Positions 9,697 to 17,858 of a stretch of DNA of 42,658 nt are shown piece by piece (positions within the stretch are counted from its first letter, which is position 1; each line of letters starts with the position of its first letter). The stretch comes from an uncultured Oligoflexus sp. Its GTDB lineage: Bacteria; Bdellovibrionota_B; Oligoflexia; Oligoflexales; Oligoflexaceae. Where the stretch lies: the NCBI GenBank assembly GCA_964236955.1, contig CAXSGP010000018.1, positions 13,361 to 56,018 on the forward strand. The letters run 5' to 3'. The notes below the pieces were generated by a model that saw nothing but the letters and a program-made list of their open reading frames with translations, searched no databases and was not told the origin of the DNA. A program made the translations under genes and the position numbers.

Positions 9697-10179
9697 ATGC
9701 AAAAATCCATAGACCGCGAGGACAGGCAGCTCGCGCATTCGATACTTGACCTATGCCGTAAGCTCGTGAGCGTAATTCATGTAGCGTCCAAAGCAACGGA
9801 AAAGCATTTGGGTTTAGGCGCCGCTCAATTATTCGTTTTAAAGAAACTCGCTGATGGTCAAATCCGATCTTTAAATGAATTAGCTCTTCTAACCTATACC
9901 CATCAAACCTCAGTATCCGTCGTAGTCAAGAAACTCGTGGAAAAAAAGCTGGTCAGCAGTCGCCAAGCCAGAGACGATGCCAGGCGCCTTGAACTCCGAA
10001 TCACGCCGGCCGGTAAAAAGATTATCCAAGGATCGCCGGAACCTGTTCAAGAGCAACTGATACGGGCCATAGATGCTTTGGGAAGCGTCGACGGCATTGT
10101 TCTGGAACGTCTCCTAAAACTTATGTTAGCTGACGTTCAAAATCCGGAACAGCCAGCAAAATTGTTTTTTGAAGACTAA
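9697..10179 (+). CDS. MarR-family transcriptional regulator
   Basis: GGAGG RBS before ATG 9697; GLGAAQLFVL, SVSVVVKKLVEKKLV, DDARRLELRITPAG winged-helix signature. Confidence 0.9.
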   Translation: MQKSIDREDRQLAHSILDLCRKLVSVIHVASKATEKHLGLGAAQLFVLKKLADGQIRSLNELALLTYTHQTSVSVVVKKLVEKKLVSSRQARDDARRLELRITPAGKKIIQGSPEPVQEQLIRAIDALGSVDGIVLERLLKLMLADVQNPEQPAKLFFED

Positions 10180-10202
10180 CTTTCAAAGCCAATGGAAAGA
10201 AA

Positions 10203-12074
10203 TTGAAGATGGAACCTTTCTCCGCTGCGGGCCCGCATGAAAAAGAGCAGAGCCTTAACATCGCTCCTTCACTCGATCTGACAACCGTTTCTTCGAAAAA
10301 TTCCGATCCAGTCGATTTGAACACCTTATGGTTGTCCGCCTGTGCTATCGTGCTTGCCGGCGCGGCCACCTTTGTCGCCGCGGCTTTAGTCCTTCTGATA
10401 AACCTCTTCACTCATCTGGCTTTCTACCAGGAGTGGCGATGGGATGAGGTTTCTCCTGCTCATAATAGTCTCGGAGCTTGGGTCATCCTACTGCCGATTA
10501 TCGGAGGAATTGTTATCGGCTACATGGCCCGCTATGGATCATCAGCGATTCGTGGTCATGGAATACCCGAGGCAATGGAGAGGATACTCGAACATAAAAG
10601 CATTATTCCATTGCGCATGACATTTCTAAAGCCCTTATCTGCTGCTGTTTCCATTGGTACAGGCGGACCCTTTGGGGCTGAGGGCCCTATCATCGCGACG
10701 GGGGGAGCCCTTGGATCTTTCGTCGGGCAAATTTTCCCTTTTCACGCGGATGAGCGGAAAACGCTCCTCGCGGCCGGTGCTGCAGCGGGTATGACTGCCA
10801 TTTTTGGAAGTCCTGTGGCTGCCGTTTTGCTGGCGATTGAACTCCTCCTCTTTGAATATCGGCCAAGATCCTTTCTGCCTGTTGCCTTTGCTGCTGCGAC
10901 AGCCGCCGGGCTGCGCATTGCTTTTGGCTACACTCTTCCGGCATTCCCAATGCCCCTGCTTGAAGCTCCCTCCGCCTCCGCAGTCTTTGCCTCGGTTGTT
11001 TTCGGGCTCATCATGGGATTGGCTTCAGTGCTTATTACTAAATCCGTGTATGCGCTTGAGGATATGTTTGAACGCCTCCCGATCCATTGGATGTGGTGGC
11101 CGGCAATCGGCGGACTTGCTGTCGGTTTGATCGGTTGGGTTCAACCCCGTACCCTCGGGGTGGGCTATAACAACATTATCGATATTCTCAGTGCCAAAGA
11201 GAGTTTGAGTTTTGTCGTGGTTTTGGTTTTAGCCAAATTTGCCTCATGGTCGATTGCCCTTGGCTCCGGAACGTCAGGCGGCACCTTAGCCCCTCTTTTT
11301 ACTTTTGGGGCGGGCCTTGGCTTCGCCCTTGCAAAAATAGCAACGGTGACTATGCCCTGGTTAAATATTGATCCCGGTCTTGCTGCACTGGTGGGCATGG
11401 CGGCTATTTTCGCGGGAGCCTCGCGGGCACTCTTGACTTCCGTCGTGTTTGCCTTCGAGACCACGCGTCAACCCTTGGGTCTCTTACCCTTGCTCGGAGG
11501 CTGTACGTCGTCTTATTTGGTTTCCTCGCTGTTGATGCGCCACTCAATTATGACATTGAAAATGGAACGCCGCGGGGTCGCGGTGCCCAGTGAATACGAA
11601 GTGCACCCTCTCAAGCAGGGGAAGATCACCAAATTCATGTCCCGAAAGTTTATCAAACTTTCTGCCGATCAAACGATAGATGCGTGCAAGGTCTGGTTCG
11701 AGGCGCAAGAGCCAGTTGTACGACAATCCCATATTATTGTCTTAGGTGAAGGCAACAAGGTTTTGGGCCTTATTCACGAATCCGACATTAGTCTATGCCC
11801 CAACGGTGGTCTGAGCCTGAGGACTGTTTTGAAAACATTGGCTTTAACAATTCATGAGCATGCCGGATTATCGGAAGCGATTAACCTTTTGGAAAAAAAT
11901 CACTCGATTTCGCATCTGATCGTAATCGATGCATCCGAACAGGCTGTAGGCGTGCTTGGCTATAGGGATATTTACACGGCACCCCATCACCAAAAACCTA
12001 TCAAGAGAACCCGGACGTTTCAACTGCCAGAAAGGTTGGTCAGGTTAAAACACCGGCAACGAAAGCAGCGATAA
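10203..12074 (+). CDS. ClC chloride channel/antiporter family protein with CBS domains
   Basis: GHGIPE, GAEGP and GTSGGTLAP motifs; many TM helices; degenerate CBS pair at the C-terminus. Confidence 0.92.
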   Translation: MKMEPFSAAGPHEKEQSLNIAPSLDLTTVSSKNSDPVDLNTLWLSACAIVLAGAATFVAAALVLLINLFTHLAFYQEWRWDEVSPAHNSLGAWVILLPIIGGIVIGYMARYGSSAIRGHGIPEAMERILEHKSIIPLRMTFLKPLSAAVSIGTGGPFGAEGPIIATGGALGSFVGQIFPFHADERKTLLAAGAAAGMTAIFGSPVAAVLLAIELLLFEYRPRSFLPVAFAAATAAGLRIAFGYTLPAFPMPLLEAPSASAVFASVVFGLIMGLASVLITKSVYALEDMFERLPIHWMWWPAIGGLAVGLIGWVQPRTLGVGYNNIIDILSAKESLSFVVVLVLAKFASWSIALGSGTSGGTLAPLFTFGAGLGFALAKIATVTMPWLNIDPGLAALVGMAAIFAGASRALLTSVVFAFETTRQPLGLLPLLGGCTSSYLVSSLLMRHSIMTLKMERRGVAVPSEYEVHPLKQGKITKFMSRKFIKLSADQTIDACKVWFEAQEPVVRQSHIIVLGEGNKVLGLIHESDISLCPNGGLSLRTVLKTLALTIHEHAGLSEAINLLEKNHSISHLIVIDASEQAVGVLGYRDIYTAPHHQKPIKRTRTFQLPERLVRLKHRQRKQR

Positions 12075-12103
12075 ATACCCTTCAACATGGTGAGCGGAAT
12101 TTT

Positions 12104-12139
12104 AAAAAAAAAGCCTGTCTGACCCGGTCGCGACAGGCT
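12104..12139 (-). terminator. Intrinsic terminator of the hemerythrin gene (possibly bidirectional)
   Basis: AGCCTGTC...GACAGGCT stem preceded by an A-run on + (U-tract on -), between convergent genes. Confidence 0.7.
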
Positions 12140-12155
12140 ATTGAAACAGAAACCC

Positions 12156-13262
12156 TTAATGCGGCTGAGCTTGAACTTCAAATTGAGGCTGGTTTTCCAT
12201 TGCTATCAGCTCAGGCTGTTGCAGCTGCTCCCTGTTAAGCCGAATTTGAATGTCCTCTTTGGCTTTCAGAAATTCTCCCGCTAAACGCACGAGCTCCATC
12301 TCAGTCACCTTGCTCCTCAAGGTTCTAAAGAGTTCATCTTCTTCGTCTTCAATATGTTGATTGAGCATGAACTTCAAATCCTGCAATTTTCGATCGAAAT
12401 TCTCAGTCCCGGGTTTCAGGTCAGACAAAGCATCCAAAGATGCCCTGATCTCCTCGTGATCGTCCTTTGATGATTCGAGGTATTCCCTCAAATCCCGAAA
12501 CGATTCAAAAGCCCTATAAATGGTCTGCTCCTCTGCCTCCATGTGGGTGATGAGGTCCAGCCTTAATTGCTGTATCAACTCGCGGCTCATTTGAGGATTT
12601 CGGGTGTTTTCAGCTTCCTGAATAAGAGTCTGAACCTTTATGTGATCGCGTTGAAGCAGGTTGAGGACACTCATATCCTCGGCTGTTTTGCTTTTTTTGC
12701 CTAGCCACGATCCAGCAGCATTTAAGGCCGCATCTCGTGCTCTTTCGATCACACCGACGCTGGGCTCTTCTCCCATGATCGTCTCTACGACGGATTTTTC
12801 TACCAATTTTGTAACCTGAGTCATTTGTTTTGCCATGGAAGTATGCATAGCTTCGATTAATTTCAAAGAGTCTTTGACGTCTTTTTTTGCCAGTTGCATC
12901 ACCTTCTGCAGCAGATGACTGTTACTCATCTGGTCGTTACGCAGATGATCATAAGTCTCCAGTTTTTCCAACATGGTTGAATCTTCCCTGGAAATGATGT
13001 CGAGAGCTAAATCGGTCAATAGCCGCGTCGATTCCTTAGGCGGCACGCGGACGCCGATGTCTGCCATCATCGTATCGATCATCCGACTGTTTTTCTCATC
13101 CTCCAAAGTTATGGCATACCAAATATCTCTATCGGATTTTTTGACCAAAGGCCCAATCTTGCTGTTGCTGAGTGTTATAGCTTTTTGTCGAATATTGATA
13201 TCGGTCAGTTCTTTGGCAATCGCTCTTTTCTTCGATATTTCGGTTAGTGTAGACTCTTGCAT
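12156..13262 (-). CDS. Hemerythrin (HHE) domain protein with N-terminal helical domain
   Basis: LQRDH, HMEAEEQTIY, DDHEEI and HIEDEEDELF hemerythrin motifs. Confidence 0.85.
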   Translation of the reverse strand: MQESTLTEISKKRAIAKELTDINIRQKAITLSNSKIGPLVKKSDRDIWYAITLEDEKNSRMIDTMMADIGVRVPPKESTRLLTDLALDIISREDSTMLEKLETYDHLRNDQMSNSHLLQKVMQLAKKDVKDSLKLIEAMHTSMAKQMTQVTKLVEKSVVETIMGEEPSVGVIERARDAALNAAGSWLGKKSKTAEDMSVLNLLQRDHIKVQTLIQEAENTRNPQMSRELIQQLRLDLITHMEAEEQTIYRAFESFRDLREYLESSKDDHEEIRASLDALSDLKPGTENFDRKLQDLKFMLNQHIEDEEDELFRTLRSKVTEMELVRLAGEFLKAKEDIQIRLNREQLQQPELIAMENQPQFEVQAQPH

Positions 13263-13921
13263 ATTTTACTCCCTATTCATCAAGATCTTTTTTATTCTTG
13301 GGACGCTCAGCTTTTGGTCTATCATCTTGTTTGGCTGAAAGGGCAAAGGTTTTTTTCTTGCTACCGTCTCATTCATTGGTCTCGCTGACTTCTGAAGAAT
13401 TAGTTGGAATGGGGATGGCGGTATTCGTAAATTGCAGCGGATTGGCTAAAATTCCTCGCGATTGCAATCTCAAGAAGATAGGATCGTGAATCTTGGTTGC
13501 CGTGACCGGGCCCTCTTAGCCGACATCCACAAGACTCTGCTGAAGTTCAAACAACTTTGGACAAAATAAGAAGGTCATGGAATATCAGTGACGACATCGT
13601 CAAATAATGTGGGCAGAAGCGAATGAGCTTACCCAGGTCCTTCCGAGTCGGGCGTCAAAGATCGGGAGCTGTCGGGTCTGCAAATAAATAGCCTTTGATC
13701 GAAAGCATAAACCTGAAACGGTATCAAAATTTTTACTGGTCAAGTGACTGCGGTCGAATATGTTTGGATTATCAAACATGTTGGCACATAGCTATTATGA
13801 TATATGAATTTTGTATCGTGAAAATAATCTTCCAATACTTAGTGCGGCAAAATGCTTAGACTTTCCATCTAGGCTAGCTATTCCGCCTAGGTCTAAAAAA
13901 TACTCACTAAACCTTCTCACT

Positions 13922-13937
13922 TGGCAGGCTCTTTGCA
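13922..13937 (+). promoter_or_regulatory. Sigma54-like -24/-12 promoter
   Basis: TGGCAGGCTCTTTGCA, exact GG-N10-GC spacing, about 70 bp upstream of ATG 14010. Confidence 0.5.
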
Positions 13938-14009
13938 ATGGTTCATCTGCGCGAAGTCATCGCGATTTGATGACGAACCCACGACAGAACCTATGCAAAG
14001 GAACAGGCT

Positions 14010-14474
14010 ATGAAACTTCTAATTTTAAGTTTGCTAGCACTTACAAATATCGATATCTGTGCGGCAGAATCCACCAATGCTAAAGAGGCAACGGCGCCTT
14101 CCAAAGTCTATTATCGATGCGAAAGTCGAGGCTTTGAATTTGATGACTCATCCCTGATGAAGGAAGTGGCGCCTGGCCGATATACCCTTACCGTTGCAGC
14201 CACCGATAAAAATATCAAAGATAAATGTGTGGTTTCAGTTGTCGATTCCGAGGATGGCGCTGATGAATTATGCTTCGTTGACTATTTTCCCAATCTCGCA
14301 CCCCGGGAAGGTGTAGTGATGGAAAAATCATATAGTCTCCGTTCCGCTGCCAATCGCTCCACTTTTGATGTCGATTATAAAAGTGCTGACTCCCATATCG
14401 TTATCTTTGATAATATCAATTTTAACCTTTTAGTAAAACTATCCAATCTTTCTCAGCTTGCAGTTAATAAATAG
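14010..14474 (+). CDS. Secreted hypothetical protein
   Basis: Signal peptide MKLLILSLLAL...; 154 aa; no family recognised. Confidence 0.65.
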   Translation: MKLLILSLLALTNIDICAAESTNAKEATAPSKVYYRCESRGFEFDDSSLMKEVAPGRYTLTVAATDKNIKDKCVVSVVDSEDGADELCFVDYFPNLAPREGVVMEKSYSLRSAANRSTFDVDYKSADSHIVIFDNINFNLLVKLSNLSQLAVNK

Positions 14475-14843
14475 AACATGCGAGTTATTTGGTTATCATG
14501 ATGCAGATCTCCCGATCGGCAGTTGCGATAATATTCTGATGGCGTAATTTTCTTCGACCTATTGAAGCATAATTTTTTCTACTTTGTACTTTCGGTGGCG
14601 TTTGAAGTTCTAACACGGTTGATTCCGAGCTAGGGACAGGAGCCAGAGCCCCAATTTTAAGAGCTCGTGCATTTCCTGAGATCGAGCCATACCATCAACC
14701 AACTTTTGCAAAACTAACTTAGTCGCAGTAATCTCTAAAAACATTTCTCGCTCCTTGAGAAGGCTTGTTTTTGTAATATTAGGGATCAACTTCCCAAGGA
14801 GTATTCTTTTTTTCCAGAGGAAAATTACCCTATAACCAATTAT

Positions 14844-15200
14844 TCAATCCGGCTGCCTATACATACCAGTATGCGGTGGTAGTGGTGTTTTTGGAATTGA
14901 TTTTAGACACGAAACGGCTAATTTTTTGTCTATTAAGGTACACGGACCGTTTATCTTTCCGCTTATAGTGCATCCCGTCTCATCCCACACCAAAATCCAG
15001 TTATTGTCTGAGTTAGTTGTTATTTTTAACGCACTTCCATTGTGAAATATCATTTCCGAATCCCCATTAGGAGATGCCGAACCAAATAAATGTAAGTCAA
15101 TTTTCTTTCCATCATGGTCAATATAATAATCTGCTTTTTGAGATATCTGATCATGACTTCTTACAATAGCTGGAGGATTCGGAGGAATGGGAGTGTCCAT
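14844..15200 (-). CDS. Hypothetical protein in AT-rich islet, possibly truncated
   Basis: 118-aa ORF with purine-rich upstream region; third unit of a co-oriented minus-strand run. Confidence 0.5.
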   Translation of the reverse strand: MDTPIPPNPPAIVRSHDQISQKADYYIDHDGKKIDLHLFGSASPNGDSEMIFHNGSALKITTNSDNNWILVWDETGCTISGKINGPCTLIDKKLAVSCLKSIPKTPLPPHTGMYRQPD

Positions 15201-15284
15201 AATCTTCTCTTTTTGAAATGGCTAATATCAGGGCTTAATATTTTACCGTAAGTCTTTGAAGCTTATCAAATAATACACTAACTA

Positions 15285-16081
15285 TTAAAATCCGACAGTT
15301 AATTTTATAAACCAGTTTTTCTCAACCCGATCTGAAAATTCCGAATTATTAACTTCACTTATTTTTTCCAATGCATCGTAATTGCGAGATATGCCAGCAT
15401 TCAGTGTCGATAGAGTTGTAGGGCACCAACTGAACATAAGCTGCCACGCATCAACTATTTCCTGCTTTTCGATATCTTTAGCTAGTTCTGGTCTACCATA
15501 CGACTGGAATTTAGAATGTTTGCTTTGCGTGGCATTCTCCTTTGGAATTCGATTGCCCATTTTTGCTGATTTCCTCCACTTAACGGCAATTGAGAAAGTG
15601 GTATCCGTAATTTGACACGATATCCATCAGGCATGTCTTCAACATCCGACCACCAACGCGCGTTCCACGAGTCGTTTTCTTCCTGTCTAGCTTCATTCCA
15701 ATGCGAATCCATTTGGACACCGGCAGCGGAGACCCAGAAAATAAAAGCTTCCCCCCCGTTTGTGCCCGAAGGAGATATTAAGACACCAACTGAATCGTCA
15801 TCGTATGCAGAATCCCGCCTCTGCATGCGTCGTCTAATTTCATTTATATTAGAATCATAGGCTTCAAAGAGAATAAGAAGCTCAGCATTTACAATCTTGT
15901 AGCGAACTTCGGTCTCAATACCTGATTTAAGATTTATGCCAGGTTCAATTTCATATTGAAGAGTTTGCCGATTAGCGCTCGACCAATCTTCTGAATCAAA
16001 GGCATCAAGAGCACTGGCATTAAGTGGGAAAAGACCAAGAATTAGAGCTAAACTATAGTAGAACCAATATGCTCTTCGCAC
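15285..16081 (-). pseudogene. Internally deleted, frameshifted CBM9-like/DUF5916-type outer-membrane protein gene
   Basis: 15482-16081 encodes signal + RRDSAYDDDSVGVLI, FWVSAAGVQMD, DSWNARWWS, GYRVKLRIPLSQL (CBM9-like N-domain) and then stops. A different frame ending at 15285 gives QLMFSW...KNWFIKLTVGF, a barrel C-terminus. Confidence 0.65.
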
Positions 16082-16293
16082 TGCTGTTCTTTCCTTTCAA
16101 TTTTAAAAGATACTTGCTGTTGTTGCTGTTGTTGTACCGCTTCGGTAGTGGGCAAATCGGTAGAATCAACTAAGGAAATCGCATCAATTTTGTTAAAAAT
16201 GGTGCCAGATTTCTCTAATACACCCGCAAATACCGGTGAAGAACTGACAACAACTGCAGCTACACATGCGGAGAAGCCCAAATTTTTCTTCAT
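16048..16293 (-). CDS. Small secreted peptide with a Gln7 tract
   Basis: AAGGAG RBS, ATG 16293, signal peptide ending VFA, QQQQQQQ encoded by mixed CAA/CAG codons at 16114-16134. Confidence 0.65.
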   Translation of the reverse strand: MKKNLGFSACVAAVVVSSSPVFAGVLEKSGTIFNKIDAISLVDSTDLPTTEAVQQQQQQQVSFKIERKEQQCEEHIGSTIV

Positions 16294-16550
16294 GTATAAA
16301 CTCCTTAAGTAAATTTTCATTCAAGCGAAGTTGCGCGCATCAACGTTCTTGGGCTGCGAAACAATATTACAACTTCCGGATAAAATCTCAAATAATTTTA
16401 ACTAACTTGAAAGAAATTTGTAAGATCTTTAACGCAAAGGAGACTCAATTAAAACACCCATGTCTCTCCCTAAAAAGCATGTATAACATTCTAGCAATGC
16501 TTGCCGGTCGTGCGTCGTGAGAACCCGGGCAATTTCACGAGACCTTATGT

Positions 16551-17570
16551 TTACGACAGGTCCAAAGATTGACTTGGCCAAATTAATTTAGCAAGTTCAT
16601 CGAAGCTTTTCGCCTTTTCCTCCCAGTCGGGGATTCGCATTTGAGATTTGAAATCGCTATAGCGATGGATAATTTGGAGGAGCAAGAGTCGAGTTCTAAA
16701 ATTTATAGGATCTTTGAAAATGCCATAGCCATTAAAAAGAGATCTTATGAGTTCAGGATGACCCGAGCCTAAAAATAGGCTGGGTCCAAGGAGATCGTAG
16801 TCGGCAAAACCGACCATGGCATCGCCAAAATCAATCATCCCGGAAAGTACGAAGGATTCCCCATTTTTTTTTACCAGGAGGTTAAATGGTGTGTATTCAC
16901 CGGTTAGTAGGACGGGTCGAAAACTTTCCTCGATAAGCCCGATATGGTTGGCCATCCATGGCTCAAGCCCATCGAGAAACCAAACTGGCATCTTTTTTCG
17001 TTTGTGTCTTTCCAGACAAGCGCTGATTTGCTCACTTACAAAGTCTTTCCACACAGGCCTTAAATCTTTCAAGCCGTCGAGAGGCAGGGAATGAACTTCA
17101 GCCATCACAGAGCCTACCTGATTCAGGATTTCGATTTTACTGGCATGAGTCAGGCCTGACCAAACCGACTCAAGCGATAGACCCTCGAGTTTAGACATGA
17201 CTAAGTAGGTCCAGGAATTTTGCCATTCACCAGCAGCCCTGTACTCCGATATCGCGAGACTGAGTTTACCCTGTAGGTGTCGAAGAGTTCGATGATCGCT
17301 TTCCCATTGATGGAAGTGGAATGGCGGAAAAATTTTGACGACCCACCTTTCGTCGACACAAGCGACCAAATTTACCCCATCAGCAAAGGGGATGACGTCG
17401 GTGCATTCCAAACCTATTTTTTCACAGATAGCGAAGACGGCATCGACCCAAAGGGCGCCGTTGGGTTGAACTAAGTCAAAAAACTGATCAGGCTCTATAT
17501 CTTTAACAAAGATAGGGGGTGTAGCCGCCTTGATCTCCATAATATCTCCAGGCAATGGTGAAAGCCTCAT
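16551..17570 (-). CDS. Aminoglycoside phosphotransferase/choline kinase-like protein
   Basis: VVKIFPP, YLVMSKLEG, LLTGEYTPFNLL (catalytic-loop position) and GMIDFGD. Confidence 0.85.
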   Translation of the reverse strand: MRLSPLPGDIMEIKAATPPIFVKDIEPDQFFDLVQPNGALWVDAVFAICEKIGLECTDVIPFADGVNLVACVDERWVVKIFPPFHFHQWESDHRTLRHLQGKLSLAISEYRAAGEWQNSWTYLVMSKLEGLSLESVWSGLTHASKIEILNQVGSVMAEVHSLPLDGLKDLRPVWKDFVSEQISACLERHKRKKMPVWFLDGLEPWMANHIGLIEESFRPVLLTGEYTPFNLLVKKNGESFVLSGMIDFGDAMVGFADYDLLGPSLFLGSGHPELIRSLFNGYGIFKDPINFRTRLLLLQIIHRYSDFKSQMRIPDWEEKAKSFDELAKLIWPSQSLDLS

Positions 17571-17775
17571 GTCTCAGGCCTTCTTCAAAGAATCTAGACC
17601 TCCAGTCAGCGGGGGATTTGCGGATTATAGTGCTAAAGGCTCGAAAAAGTAAATTCTGAAAAAAGGAGCCGGTCCCCCCAATTTTTATTTTTGACTGACA
17701 TAACAAGCGTCTACACCCTCCCTTTTAAGCCCATTTAAACCCTCTTGGGCGGATCCTGGTTTCGGATTCATTTCC

Positions 17776-17803
17776 TAAAGATTTCGATAAACTACACCGA
17801 TAA
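17776..17803 (+). promoter_or_regulatory. Sigma28-like promoter
   Basis: TAAA-N16-ACCGATAA, about 55 bp upstream of ATG 17859. Confidence 0.6.
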
Positions 17804-17858
17804 GTTCTTGTTGTTTTTAAGATCCGCATCGGATTTTAAACAGATAGGACGCCTACCC

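Noticed and set aside
9120..10202. Fluoride riboswitch / fluoride-type ClC
   Set aside because: No riboswitch consensus seen, and the ClC motifs are GHGIP/GAEGP rather than the fluoride-type motifs.
14480..16550. Integron cassette array explaining the AT-rich islet and APH gene
   Set aside because: No attC-like RYYYAAC...GTTRRRY inverted structures after the ORFs and no integrase.
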